A stretch of DNA of 64,000 bases. It comes from an uncultured Bacilli bacterium (GTDB lineage: Bacteria > Bacillota_I > Bacilli_A > RF39 > UBA660). Position 1 is the first letter of the stretch. Every line of letters begins with the position of its first letter. Under the pieces are notes generated by a model. It was not told the DNA's origin, did no database searches, and was given only the letters and a program-made list of their open reading frames with translations. The position numbers and the translations under genes were made by a program. This document shows positions 9,983 through 20,327 of the stretch, piece by piece. The stretch is taken from assembly GCA_944358695.1 (NCBI GenBank), contig CALVRM010000013.1:18566-82565 (forward strand). Reading direction: 5' to 3'.

Positions 9983-11452
9983 ATGGTTAAAATAGATAAA
10001 CAAGCTGAAAATGTTTTAAATAAAATAAAAGAACTATATGGCCAAAGTCAAGATTTAAATACTAGACTTATCAAAAACGGTAAAACCAACATTGGTGTTA
10101 TGTTTATGGAAAGTTCTAGTTCGACACAAACTGTCAGTGATTTTATTATTAAAGGTATCGACTATGTTTCAAAAGATTCTTCAAAACTTTTTGATAATAT
10201 TTATAATAATTTAAAAAATAATATTTTTAACTCGCAAGTGATAACGACTAAGGATTTTGCTGAATTTTCTTACTTTTTATCAGCCGGATTTACAATAATT
10301 GTTGTAGATGGTCATGATGAAGCGATTGTCATGGAAACAAGAGCTGATCTGGACCGCGGAGTAGCTGAATCTTCAAGCGAACCAATTTTAAGAGGACCTA
10401 AAGATAGTTTTACAGAAAGTCATTCAAAAAACTTAGGGTTAATTCGAAAACGCATAAAAGATAATAATTTATGGTTTGATGAAGTTAAAGTTGGTAGAAG
10501 AACTAAAACTAGAGTAAGCATTGCTTATTTAAGTGATGTTGCTGATACTAATAGTGTAGATGATATTAAAAAAAGGCTGCAAGCGATTAATGTGGATGGC
10601 ATATTAGATAGTGGAAATATACGTGAATACTTGACAACACATGGCTCATCATTTCCGCAAATGCTTAGTACTGAAAGACCGGATTTAGTTTGTCAAGCCT
10701 TATTAAAGGGAAAAATTGTGATCTTAGTGGAAAATACCCCATATGCTTTAATATTACCTAGCGTTTTTACCGATTTTATTCATACGCCCGAAGATCAATA
10801 TCAACTGCCATTTAATATGAGCTTCACGCGGATAATTAAAGTCTTATCATTAATTATTACGCTTTTTACTCCGGCTATTTATATTGCTATAACAACGTTT
10901 GATCAAACCGTCGTTCCAGATAAATTGCTGATATCCCTGGCTGTTCAGCGCGAAGGAGTTCCTTTTCCTACGGCTTTTGAAATCATTTTATTAATGACTA
11001 TATTTGAAATTTTGCGAGAAAGCGATATTCGGCTTCCGGCTAATATGGGAGCCTCAATGAGTATTGTGGGCGCTTTAGTTTTAGGACAAGCAGCTGTTGA
11101 TGCTGGAATTGTATCACCGATTGCCGTCATAGTAATTGCCATTACCTCAATTTGTAGTTTACTCTTTAATGATCCTGATTTTATTAATGGTATTAGAACT
11201 TGGAGATTTATTTTTATTTTAGCTGCTTCATTCTTTGGACTAGTCGGCTTAGTGGTAGCAAGTATTTGCTGGCTATTGAAACTGTCTTCTTTGGGAACTT
11301 TTGGAGTAAGTTTCTTATCGCCAATAAGCCCTTTAAATATTGAAGCTCAGCAGGATGCGGTTTTACGTTTTCCACTTCCTAAAATTTTTAAAAGGCCAGA
11401 ATATATAAATAAAAAAAATATAATTAAACAAGGAGGGGCAAATGAAAAATAA
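9983..11452 (+). CDS. Spore germination receptor subunit A (GerAA/GerKA family)
   Basis: 489 aa with a soluble N-domain and a C-terminal multi-TM region typical of GerA-family A subunits. It is followed by C and B subunits. Confidence 0.85.
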   Translation: MVKIDKQAENVLNKIKELYGQSQDLNTRLIKNGKTNIGVMFMESSSSTQTVSDFIIKGIDYVSKDSSKLFDNIYNNLKNNIFNSQVITTKDFAEFSYFLSAGFTIIVVDGHDEAIVMETRADLDRGVAESSSEPILRGPKDSFTESHSKNLGLIRKRIKDNNLWFDEVKVGRRTKTRVSIAYLSDVADTNSVDDIKKRLQAINVDGILDSGNIREYLTTHGSSFPQMLSTERPDLVCQALLKGKIVILVENTPYALILPSVFTDFIHTPEDQYQLPFNMSFTRIIKVLSLIITLFTPAIYIAITTFDQTVVPDKLLISLAVQREGVPFPTAFEIILLMTIFEILRESDIRLPANMGASMSIVGALVLGQAAVDAGIVSPIAVIVIAITSICSLLFNDPDFINGIRTWRFIFILAASFFGLVGLVVASICWLLKLSSLGTFGVSFLSPISPLNIEAQQDAVLRFPLPKIFKRPEYINKKNIIKQGGANEK

Positions 11453-12617
11453 ATTATTTATTCTTTTAGCTTTTTGCTTGTTATTATGTGGCTGTGGCAA
11501 CTACCGTGAATTAAATGATTTGTCAATTGTCACTGGAGTAGCTATTGACAAAAATGATGACGGATACCGTCTTAGTTTTTTAATCGCCAATTCGCAAAAG
11601 GCGCAGACTAGTAGTAAAGAAGGTGAAGCCCAAACCACAGTTTATTCTGGAACTGGAGAAAATTTAACAGCTGCGGTTAAAGCAATTGATGCAAAATCTT
11701 CTAAACAACTATACTATGGACATATCAATGTAGTTGTTATTTCTGAAGAAGTTGGAAAAGATGGCTTTTTAAAAATTGCCGATACTTTACTGCGTGATCC
11801 TGAAACAAGAAAACAATTTAATATCTTACAAGCAAAAGATTCTACGGCAGAAGAAATTTTAAAAATTGTTTCACCGCTTGAGACTTTTCCTTCACAAAAT
11901 ATTGCTGAACTAATTAAGTCTAATCAAGTAACCCAATCATTTTCTGCTGAAGTTAATTATAGCCTTTTTGTTGGAAAAATAGTTGATGAAGGCTCTGAAC
12001 CGATTTTACCAACGATTGAAATTAATGGTGATGCAGAAAAAGGAAGTAAACAAAAAAATATTGAATCCACAGAGCCAGAGACATATTTAAAACTCGGCAG
12101 TTTAGCAGTTTATCGCGAAGATAAATTTTTAGGTTACTTAACGAAAAATCAAAGTCAAGATGTTAATATCTTAAACAATAACATTAATGAATTTATGTAT
12201 AACTTTAAATACAATAATGATTTAATTAGTTATACAACTGACAATATCAAAACAGAAATAAATGTTGTCTCACCGACTAAAGTTGAAGTTAATGTAAAAT
12301 CTCATGGCTTCATATCTGAAGCTAATTCAAAGCTTAATTTTGAAAACTCTAAAACGATTGATAATTTACAGAAGAACATTAATGCTTCGATAAAAAAAGG
12401 CTTAGAAAATACTTTAAAAATTTTACAAACTGATTATCGCTCAGATATTATTGGATTTGGTAATAGAATTTATAAAAAATATCCAAATCAATGGCGCAAA
12501 ATGGAAAATGAATGGAATGAAAAATACTTTCCAAAATTAGATATCAATATTAATACTGATGTTAAAATTGAAGCAACTGGAGCCTTAGACCAAACTATTA
12601 GGGAGGTTAAAAAATGA
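11442..12617 (+). CDS. Spore germination receptor lipoprotein subunit C (GerAC/GerKC family)
   Basis: Lipoprotein signal LLLCGCGNYREL followed by VTGVAIDK.., as in Ger(x)C. Its start overlaps the end of the A-subunit gene. Confidence 0.85.
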   Translation: MKNKLFILLAFCLLLCGCGNYRELNDLSIVTGVAIDKNDDGYRLSFLIANSQKAQTSSKEGEAQTTVYSGTGENLTAAVKAIDAKSSKQLYYGHINVVVISEEVGKDGFLKIADTLLRDPETRKQFNILQAKDSTAEEILKIVSPLETFPSQNIAELIKSNQVTQSFSAEVNYSLFVGKIVDEGSEPILPTIEINGDAEKGSKQKNIESTEPETYLKLGSLAVYREDKFLGYLTKNQSQDVNILNNNINEFMYNFKYNNDLISYTTDNIKTEINVVSPTKVEVNVKSHGFISEANSKLNFENSKTIDNLQKNINASIKKGLENTLKILQTDYRSDIIGFGNRIYKKYPNQWRKMENEWNEKYFPKLDININTDVKIEATGALDQTIREVKK

Positions 12618-13720
12618 AAAAGATCAGTTCTTTAGAATACAATAGCATGGTTTGGTTAGTAATGCGTGCGGGACTAGTTGGCATTACAATGACATTATTA
12701 ATAACATTAAATAAACAAGATGCTTGGATAAGCGGTTTTGGCGGCATCATTCTCGGAATAATTCCCGTGGCTATTTATATTTATTTAAGAAACTATGATG
12801 AAAAAATGAATATCTGTCAGCTCAACGAATATGTATTTGGAAAATATGGAAAAATGGTAAACATCATTTTAACTATTGGTACCTTTGTATTTATACAAGT
12901 GATATTTTCAGATTTAACCTATTTTATTCGTTCGCAGTTTCTTTACAAAACTTCTTTAATAGCTATTTCAATTATTTTTATTATCCCACTGATCTATGGC
13001 CTATTAAAAGGGTTAAGGGCAATTTCTAAGACTAGTTTAATTTTATTTTATATTGTCATCGCAACCATTATTTTTATTATTTTAGGATTAACTGGTGGTG
13101 TCAACGTAAACAATTTACAGCCAATGTTAGAAAGTAATCCAGGATCTATCTTATATGGTAGTTTAATTGTTGTAGTCTACAATGTTTTACCTTTATTTTT
13201 ATTACTAGCAATTCCTAAATGTCGTATCGAAAACTATAAGACTAAAACTACTATTATTTTTGGTCTATTAGCTATTTTGTCAGTTATTAATGCAATTTTT
13301 TTAACCCTCACTGTTTATGGTGTTAATTTATCACTACTATTTGAATATCCAGAATTTCAATTATTAAAAAAAGTGGCCATTGGTGAATTTATTGGCAAAA
13401 TGGAAGGAATTTTGTCAATGGAGTGGGTTATTTCTTTCTTTATTTTAATTCTAGTGGGTCTATATTTTATTACAACTACGATTAAAGAGTCATTTAGGTT
13501 AAAAGAAAAAACAAACAAATTTGTGATTATCATTGTTTGTTTATTATTACTAATTATCAACCCGTTTATTTTTACTGAAAATGGTGAAGCTAATGATTTT
13601 CTTCGTGGACCTTTGCTTATATTTATGCTATTTATATTTCTTCTTTTGCCACTTATTACTTTAATTGGCGCTAAAATCAAAAAAACTTCAAAACTAAAAT
13701 CGTTGCCGAGACAATCATAA
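12614..13720 (+). CDS. Spore germination receptor subunit B (GerAB/GerKB, APC-like permease)
   Basis: 368-aa polytopic membrane protein whose start overlaps the C-subunit stop by 4 nt (ATGA). Confidence 0.8.
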   Translation: MKKISSLEYNSMVWLVMRAGLVGITMTLLITLNKQDAWISGFGGIILGIIPVAIYIYLRNYDEKMNICQLNEYVFGKYGKMVNIILTIGTFVFIQVIFSDLTYFIRSQFLYKTSLIAISIIFIIPLIYGLLKGLRAISKTSLILFYIVIATIIFIILGLTGGVNVNNLQPMLESNPGSILYGSLIVVVYNVLPLFLLLAIPKCRIENYKTKTTIIFGLLAILSVINAIFLTLTVYGVNLSLLFEYPEFQLLKKVAIGEFIGKMEGILSMEWVISFFILILVGLYFITTTIKESFRLKEKTNKFVIIIVCLLLLIINPFIFTENGEANDFLRGPLLIFMLFIFLLLPLITLIGAKIKKTSKLKSLPRQS

Positions 13721-14501
13721 TGATAAGCAAAATAGTAATAATGATAATATTGAAAACTTTAGATTTGGGTTTCTCCTCACCATCGACAAAATCCGACTTG
13801 TTAAGTTTAAGGCTTGAGGTAAAAAATGAATGATCGTAAGTAGGCTCATTAGAGCTTACTTTTCTTGTGCTCGGCTCATTTTGTTGCTCAATTAGTTCGC
13901 GAACATTTTTGATTTCACCGACTTTAGTATCATCAGCTTTTAAATCGCTTAATAAATCAGCAGCCAAATCGGCATCACCAATTTTATTTAACATACTAGT
14001 ATTAGTTATTGTTTGAATTAGTTCTTTTAAATCTTCTTCATCATTTTCTTCATAATAATCTTCCTTTTTAAGTTCTTTCTTTAAATCAATATTTTTTAAA
14101 ATATTATACTGTGTGTTTCGAAGAACTCGCTCTTTATTATCTGGTTCTTTATTTTCCTTAGCTTCTTTTAAAATATCTCTAATATCATAATTTTTTTCTT
14201 CTAATTCAGGAAAACGTCTTGACACTTTGGGCAAATGCTCTTCAGGCTGCTTATACTCGCCAGTGATACGACGATATTTTCTTTCTTTTTGATAATTTTC
14301 ACGATTTTGTAGTAGTTCTTTAACCTTGGTAATATCAACTTGATTAGCATTATCGATTTCAGCAATTCCTTCGATGTTTGAATATTTACCATAAGTATAA
14401 ATCTCGCTATAAAGTGCTTTATTACGATTACTACGAGAATTTTGTTTATTTTTAGTACGATTGCCGTAATATTTTTCCATGCGTGATTTCATTACTACCA
14501 C
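13677..14501 (-). CDS. Hypothetical highly charged (K/E-rich) tail-anchored protein
   Basis: 274 aa of low-complexity, strongly charged sequence with a single C-terminal TM (FNIIIITILLIIMIVSATILVL). Confidence 0.5.
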   Translation of the reverse strand: MVVMKSRMEKYYGNRTKNKQNSRSNRNKALYSEIYTYGKYSNIEGIAEIDNANQVDITKVKELLQNRENYQKERKYRRITGEYKQPEEHLPKVSRRFPELEEKNYDIRDILKEAKENKEPDNKERVLRNTQYNILKNIDLKKELKKEDYYEENDEEDLKELIQTITNTSMLNKIGDADLAADLLSDLKADDTKVGEIKNVRELIEQQNEPSTRKVSSNEPTYDHSFFTSSLKLNKSDFVDGEEKPKSKVFNIIIITILLIIMIVSATILVLKFF

Positions 14502-14596
14502 CTCTATAATAATAATAACATATTTTAATGCTTTTTTAAACCATGGACTTGCATTTTATAGGCTTTTTATTTTATAATTAAACAAGGAGGAAATGT

Positions 14597-14773
14597 ATGG
14601 TAAATGTTAATAAAGATTTATGCATTAGTTGTGGGTCTTGCGTAGCTATTGCCCCTGATAATTTCGACTTTGATGAGGAAGGCTTAGCCGAGGTAAAAAA
14701 AGACGAATTAAATGATGATGTGAAAGAGGCCGCAGAAGCATGCCCTACTGAAGCCATTGAAATTGAAGACTAA
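14597..14773 (+). CDS. Small 4Fe-4S ferredoxin (58 aa). The ORF is too short to appear in the ORF track.
   Basis: MVNVNKDLCISCGSCVAIAPDNFDFDEEG...EAAEACPTEAIEIED carries CxxCxxC...CP. The RBS is AAGGAGGAAATGT. Confidence 0.75.
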   Translation: MVNVNKDLCISCGSCVAIAPDNFDFDEEGLAEVKKDELNDDVKEAAEACPTEAIEIED

Positions 14774-14849
14774 TTAGTCTTTTTATTTGTACATTTTGGA
14801 ATAAATTGTTATAATATAGATATATTTTTATTAAAGGAGGAATTAATAC

Positions 14850-15497
14850 ATGGACCCAGACCCTGGATCGGGCTATAAAATTGCGAAATTACAAAATTTT
14901 GCTACTAATACACTTAAAAATAATACCCAAAATTTACAATTTTATGAAGAAGATGGATACAAATCTTTTCATACAGCGTGTCTATTAGATAGCACAGAAA
15001 ATTTAGTTATCTCTTCCTCATTATTCGATAGTAACTATAAATTACTAAATGGAAACATAACTATAATTGAGCTAAATAGTAGTGAATACTGTTCAATTTT
15101 AAGAAATATTGGTGATGAAAATGATTTATTTTTAATTGGTGAACAGTTAAAACATCGCCAAAGTATAAATCTATATACTTATCAAGATGAAGCTTCCCCC
15201 AGTATTTATCATAAAAAAATAACTGAAGAGGCAAATGGACAAATAGCTCCTATGAATTTAACTTTAGCACTCTTTTACGAGCTTGCAATTGACAATAGGC
15301 AACTATTTAGTTTAATTGACCGAATGAATAACTATTTAATTTATTGCGGTTCTGTTAGAGATCTTCCACGTGAAGCTTTTAAAGAATTTGAGGATTTTGT
15401 CAAAGAAAATGATAAACAAAACGAAAAAGCTGAGCCAGCAACAGTCTATAAATTTGGCAGCTTAAAAAAAGCCAAAACTACTCAAAAGTCGGCATAG
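14850..15497 (+). CDS. Hypothetical protein
   Basis: 215 aa with a strong RBS AAGGAGGAATTAATACATG and an intrinsic terminator downstream. Confidence 0.55.
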   Translation: MDPDPGSGYKIAKLQNFATNTLKNNTQNLQFYEEDGYKSFHTACLLDSTENLVISSSLFDSNYKLLNGNITIIELNSSEYCSILRNIGDENDLFLIGEQLKHRQSINLYTYQDEASPSIYHKKITEEANGQIAPMNLTLALFYELAIDNRQLFSLIDRMNNYLIYCGSVRDLPREAFKEFEDFVKENDKQNEKAEPATVYKFGSLKKAKTTQKSA

Positions 15498-15500
15498 AAG

Positions 15501-15526
15501 CACTTCCTTGAAGTGTTTTTTTAGAA
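15501..15526 (+). terminator. Rho-independent terminator
   Basis: CACTTCC-TTG-GAAGTG followed by TTTTTTT. Confidence 0.6.
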
Positions 15527-15674
15527 AACAATAATTGATCGGCTTTTAACAATTATTAATCCTGAATTTAAAAAAACAGGATGATAACAAAATAATTATG
15601 ATTAATTAAGTTAGCTTTTGGTGATACTTTTCCACTTATAACACTTAATTTGTCATAAAAAAAGATAATGATCT

Positions 15675-16397
15675 TTATTTTATTAAACTATATAAGGTTT
15701 TTACTTCTTTGGTTGTTAAATGGCGATATTCACCAGCAGTAAGACCACTTAAATCTAAAAAAGCAAATTTTTCGCGTTTTAATCCGGCAACTGTATAACC
15801 AATAGCCGCAAACATTTTTTTGACTTGATGATATTTACCATCATGGATAACAAGCTCCACAATTGTGGTTTTTTTCTTTTTATCCATTTTTTTTATTTTA
15901 ACACGATCAGCTTTTACTTTAACTCCATCAATGACAACACCTTGCATTAGTTTTTTAATTAAGGAAGGGTCTACTAACTGATCTATTTTAGCAATATATA
16001 CTTTTTGTATTTCATGACGAGGATGGATTAATAAGTTAGTCAAATTTCCATCGTTAGTAAGTAATAAAAGACCACTTGTATCATAATCTAATCTGCCAAC
16101 AGGATATAATCTTTTGTTAGTTTGAATTAAATCAACTACGGTTTTTCGGCCTTTTTCATCTTTAGTCGAAGTGATTATGCCTCGTGGTTTATATAATAAA
16201 ATATATTCTTTTTCAGTTTGTTTTAAGGCCCTCCCTTCAACAACAATACTATCGTTAGGACTCACTTTAACGCCTAAATCGGTTACTTGTTTGCCATTAA
16301 CAGATACTTTTCCTTGGGCAATTAAACTTTCGGCTTTTCTTCGAGAACAATATCCACTATTAGCTATAATTTTCTGTAATCTCTCCATACATCTCAC
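15675..16397 (-). CDS. rluB: Pseudouridine synthase, RsuA/RluB family
   Basis: S4 domain N-terminus (IANSGYCSRRKAESLIAQGKVSVNG) and catalytic GRLDYDTSGLLLLTNDG. Confidence 0.85.
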   Translation of the reverse strand: MRCMERLQKIIANSGYCSRRKAESLIAQGKVSVNGKQVTDLGVKVSPNDSIVVEGRALKQTEKEYILLYKPRGIITSTKDEKGRKTVVDLIQTNKRLYPVGRLDYDTSGLLLLTNDGNLTNLLIHPRHEIQKVYIAKIDQLVDPSLIKKLMQGVVIDGVKVKADRVKIKKMDKKKKTTIVELVIHDGKYHQVKKMFAAIGYTVAGLKREKFAFLDLSGLTAGEYRHLTTKEVKTLYSLIK

Positions 16398-16423
16398 CTA
16401 GTGAAAATTATACTAAAAATGCT

Positions 16424-16942
16424 TTAAAAAAACAAGGGAACAATGATTAAGCTTAAGATTACGGTGGCTAAATCTGCTAACAATCCTGCCCATAATGCAT
16501 ATTTTATTTTTTTTATCCCAATAGTTCCAAAATACAAAGTAATAATATATAAAGTGGTATCACTCGATCCTTGAATAATGGAAGCCATAATACTGAGGTA
16601 ATTATCAGCCCCATACGTGGTAAACATGTCATTTAAAAGGGCTAAACCAAAACTACCTGATAATGGCCTCATAACAGCGATTGGTAAGATTTCTAAAGGA
16701 ACGTGAATTAGTAAAAACAACGGCTTTAAAAAAGTAAATACTTCATTAATCAAACCACTGTTAGTAAAAATATTAATACCAAAAATCATGGCTAACAATG
16801 GAGGAAACATGTTTAGAACCATGGGGAGGCCTTCTTTAGCTCCATCGACAAAGCTATCATAAACGTTTATTTTCTTTTTTGCACCGTACAAAATAACGAC
16901 TAAAACAAGTAAAGGAATAAATAAATTTGATATTAATTTCAT
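16424..16942 (-). CDS. spmB: Spore maturation protein B
   Basis: Nucleoside-recognition-type membrane protein immediately downstream of spmA in the dacB-spmA-spmB order. Confidence 0.75.
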   Translation of the reverse strand: MKLISNLFIPLLVLVVILYGAKKKINVYDSFVDGAKEGLPMVLNMFPPLLAMIFGINIFTNSGLINEVFTFLKPLFLLIHVPLEILPIAVMRPLSGSFGLALLNDMFTTYGADNYLSIMASIIQGSSDTTLYIITLYFGTIGIKKIKYALWAGLLADLATVILSLIIVPLFF

Positions 16943-17517
16943 TTATACCTCCTCGCAAAGAGGCGATCAATAATAAGGCCTATAATTAATGAAACGAAAC
17001 TAACAATAATGCAAGGAACCACAATACTAGTTGGGTCAGTACTATCATGCATCATTCGCAGAGAAATAATCGTGGTGGGAACTAGGGTTACCCCACAAGT
17101 GTTAATGACAAGGAAAGTTATCATGCTGCGACTAGCAGTTTCTTTTTCTTTATTTAACTTTTGCAGTGATTCCATAGCTTTTAGGCCAAATGGGGTTGCG
17201 GCATTACCTAAACCAAATAAATTAGCAATGATGTTAGAAGAAATTAGGCCTAATGATTCATGACCTTTGGGAATTTCAGGAAAAATTTTTGATAAAAATG
17301 GTGATATAAAATTTGAAGCTTTTTCAAGTAATCCAGATTGTTTAGCAATGTTCATAATTCCTAGCCAAATAGCGAGCAAGGGAAAAATTTGGATAATTAA
17401 ATCTAAGGTGGTTTTTCCACTGGATAAAATTTGACTATTTAGAACATCAGCTTTGCCATTAAAAATCAAGTATAAGGAGCCAACGACAATGAAAAAAATC
17501 CAAAGTTTATTTATCAT
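16939..17517 (-). CDS. spmA: Spore maturation protein A
   Basis: Membrane protein overlapping the dacB stop and the spmB start, matching the conserved sporulation operon architecture. Confidence 0.75.
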   Translation of the reverse strand: MINKLWIFFIVVGSLYLIFNGKADVLNSQILSSGKTTLDLIIQIFPLLAIWLGIMNIAKQSGLLEKASNFISPFLSKIFPEIPKGHESLGLISSNIIANLFGLGNAATPFGLKAMESLQKLNKEKETASRSMITFLVINTCGVTLVPTTIISLRMMHDSTDPTSIVVPCIIVSFVSLIIGLIIDRLFARRYK

Positions 17518-18586
17518 TAAACCAAGACTTTATTTTACTTAAAAAGCTTTGATCTTTAGTTTTGTTTTTATCAACATATATATTAACACTGTTTACTTCT
17601 TTATCACCAATATAAAGGCTAGCTTTCCCAACTTTATCACCTGATTTAAAATTTCTCTTCTTTTCTAATTTATATTTTAAACTAATGGCTTCTGTTTCCG
17701 CTTCTAACAAAGGATATTGTAAATTTTTCTTTATATAAAGCTTATTTTTTTGATAATAATCTTCGCCTAAAATAGAAATATCTCCCTTGTCTAAAAGTGT
17801 ATATGTTTTATATTTGCTGAAAGCTTCTTCATATAATTTTTTATGATCGGCCCAATCACTACCATCGTTTAAAGTAACTACGGCCAAATTTAAACCGTCC
17901 TTAGAAGCCGAGGTTACTAAAGTCCGTTTGGCTATTTTTGTATAGCCTGTTTTTCCACCGGTAGTATATTTATATTGATTTAAAAGCTTGTTTTTATTGT
18001 GCCAAACATAGGTGTTTTTATTGGTTTTAACTGTATGCTTTTTGGTGCCAGTGATTTTTTTAAAATCAATGTTTTGCATAGCATAGCTCATTAATAAAGC
18101 CATATCATATGCGGAAGACAAATTACCTTTTTCTTCATCTAAACCGCTAGGATTGTTAAAGGTAGTATCATCCATGCCAATCTCTTTAGCCTTTTTGTTC
18201 ATTAAATCTACAAATTTACTTGTATCACCGGCTACGGCTTTAGCAATAACTAAAGCAGCATCATTACCACTTCTAAGCATCAATCCATAAATTAGATCCT
18301 CAAGCTTTATTTTTTCACCTTGCTTTACATAAATTCCAGAACCATAAGCTTTTAATATTTCGTCGCCAACCGTAACTTTTTTTTGTAAATTAGCATTTTC
18401 AATAGCGACAATTGCGGTCATTATTTTGGAAATTGAAGCCACACTTTGAACATAATGAGCATCTTTGGCATATAGTACTCTATTAGTGTCGGTATCTACT
18501 AAAATAGCCGAACGAGCATTTGTTTCAAAACCATATACCTTTAAAGGCAAAATTAAGATAATTACAAAAAAGAAGATTTTTTTCAC
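17507..18586 (-). CDS. dacB: D-alanyl-D-alanine carboxypeptidase (PBP5*-type, sporulation-associated)
   Basis: Signal peptide, SxxK (SVASISKIMTA), SGN and KTG motifs, upstream of spmAB. Confidence 0.85.
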   Translation of the reverse strand: MKKIFFFVIILILPLKVYGFETNARSAILVDTDTNRVLYAKDAHYVQSVASISKIMTAIVAIENANLQKKVTVGDEILKAYGSGIYVKQGEKIKLEDLIYGLMLRSGNDAALVIAKAVAGDTSKFVDLMNKKAKEIGMDDTTFNNPSGLDEEKGNLSSAYDMALLMSYAMQNIDFKKITGTKKHTVKTNKNTYVWHNKNKLLNQYKYTTGGKTGYTKIAKRTLVTSASKDGLNLAVVTLNDGSDWADHKKLYEEAFSKYKTYTLLDKGDISILGEDYYQKNKLYIKKNLQYPLLEAETEAISLKYKLEKKRNFKSGDKVGKASLYIGDKEVNSVNIYVDKNKTKDQSFLSKIKSWFNDK

Positions 18587-18670
18587 TTATATCACCTAGG
18601 TAATTGTATGAAAAGACAGGCTACTTTATGTACATGTTTATTTTAATTTTGGGTAAAATAAAAGACTATA

Positions 18671-19213
18671 TTACCCTGCATATAGTCCGTTAATTTTATT
18701 TAAGTCTTCATCACTTAATTGATTTAATACCCATTCATCATTTTGTTTAGTTAGTGTTAAAGTTAAAGTATAAGTTGTAGTATCTGTTACTTTCTTTAAT
18801 TCGTCTAATCTATAACTACTAAATTTGGCCACGTCGCTAGCGCCTGATTCATCTGTGAATTTATCTTGGTTTTCATTTTTATACGATTCAGCTTCAGAAA
18901 CAGTTTTTGAATAATCTCTAACTGTAATTTCTACTTCAACGGTGGCATTATCGCCATCAATTGTTTCATTTTTGATTTCATATTTCATATCTTGATAATG
19001 TTTTTTCATAAAATCACGATAATCTTCACGATCATTATCAGTAAGCGTAGTGTCTGCGGCTAACGTAGTATCAAGATCATCTAAAACAGAGTTATCAAGG
19101 GTTTGATATTTATTAAGATATTCTTCCACTTTCTTTGTTGGCGTATTACCCATATTAGTTCCACACCCAGTTAAAACAACGATAGCTACTAAAAATAATA
19201 AAACTTTTTTCAT
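18671..19213 (-). CDS. Hypothetical lipoprotein
   Basis: Lipobox LVAIVVLTGCG. Confidence 0.55.
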   Translation of the reverse strand: MKKVLLFLVAIVVLTGCGTNMGNTPTKKVEEYLNKYQTLDNSVLDDLDTTLAADTTLTDNDREDYRDFMKKHYQDMKYEIKNETIDGDNATVEVEITVRDYSKTVSEAESYKNENQDKFTDESGASDVAKFSSYRLDELKKVTDTTTYTLTLTLTKQNDEWVLNQLSDEDLNKINGLYAG

Positions 19214-19269
19214 AACTTCCCTCCTTATTAGTATTTTGAGAAGTTATAATGTTTTTATACATATGAAAA

Positions 19270-19956
19270 CTATTTTTTAACTTTTTTAGAAAATTTATTG
19301 ATTTTTTTTAAAGTGTTTGGCACTTTAATTTTTAAATCTGGAAATGCAATTATTAAACGCTTATTTAAAATCGACTTGCTACGCAATATTTCTTTAACTT
19401 TGGCGGATATTTCGTCTGTTGTATCAATGGCATCACTTAAATCTACGCGTTTAATATTTGAAATAACATTAAATGATATAATAATATCGGCTAATACAAT
19501 AAGCGCTAGAACAATTGAGATAATTGTTAAACTTAAGTCAGGTAATAAATCGATAATTTTTTCGAAAAATGGATTTAAAAAATGAATTAAAATAACCCCT
19601 AAAGCTCCAAAGCCTAACGTGGTCATTAGACTAATACGTCCATTTAAATTATATTTGTGCGTGCTATAATCCCACCAGCGAGTTTTAAATATTTTTTCCA
19701 TAATATAACTAGTAAAATATTCAAGAACTGCACCATAAATACTCGACATGACAAATAATGCAATTAAATCGTCAACATATTTTGTTAAAAAAATTGTAAT
19801 CAATAAAGCACCAATGCCGTATATTGGGCAATAAGGTCCAATTAAAAACCCACGATCAGTAAATCTTTTTTTCTCACAAGAAACTATGATAACTTCCATA
19901 ATCCAACCTATAATTGAATAAATCATAAATAATAAAAACATCATTCTTAAATCCAT
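19270..19956 (-). CDS. Polytopic membrane protein of the DUF1113 / 'putative ABC-transporter type IV (CmpB-like)' family
   Basis: IIGWIMEV...GFLIGPYCPIYGIGA signature. Confidence 0.55.
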   Translation of the reverse strand: MDLRMMFLLFMIYSIIGWIMEVIIVSCEKKRFTDRGFLIGPYCPIYGIGALLITIFLTKYVDDLIALFVMSSIYGAVLEYFTSYIMEKIFKTRWWDYSTHKYNLNGRISLMTTLGFGALGVILIHFLNPFFEKIIDLLPDLSLTIISIVLALIVLADIIISFNVISNIKRVDLSDAIDTTDEISAKVKEILRSKSILNKRLIIAFPDLKIKVPNTLKKINKFSKKVKK

Positions 19957-20217
19957 CTTACATCCCTACTTCTGTTAATTATTTTAACATGTTTGCTATA
20001 AGAATGCAATTGTTGACACGGCTTATAAAATAAATCAGATTATACTGTTTTAGCATTATTTTGTATTACTTAAATAAGTCTAAAAATTTTTTTATCAATA
20101 CTTTTATTAATAACTTTGATTATAGTTTTATATTTTAATTTTTCCTTATAGTTCATATCAGAAACACTTACTTTTTCATTCATTGTAACACCTCAATTAC
20201 TAATAATACAATAATTG

Positions 20218-20262
20218 GGAAATTTTCGCTTGATAATAGAAAGGAAATTTTCGCTTGATAAT
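20218..20262 (+). repeat. Two perfect 20-bp direct repeats GGAAATTTTCGCTTGATAAT (20218-20237 and 20243-20262), candidate transcription-factor site for the arg promoter
   Basis: The two copies start 25 bp apart and abut the -35 TTGACA of the argGH promoter. Confidence 0.6.
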
Positions 20263-20270
20263 CACAATTT

Positions 20271-20312
20271 TTGACAATTATACTTGACAAAAAAAATATA
20301 ATGTAATAGAAT
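20271..20312 (+). promoter_or_regulatory. Promoter region for the argGH leader (two TTGACA hexamers; -10-like TATAAT/TGTAATAGA)
   Basis: TTGACA at 20271 and 20284; A/T-rich -10 candidates at 20297-20309. The exact pairing is ambiguous. Confidence 0.35.
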
Positions 20313-20327
20313 TAGTGTTAATGAAAA

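Noticed and set aside
20058-20183. Possible ~40-codon minus-strand ORF with RBS GAGGTG upstream of the arg promoter region
   Set aside because: The hand translation is low-complexity (K/I-rich) and the frame could not be verified confidently. It is left unannotated.
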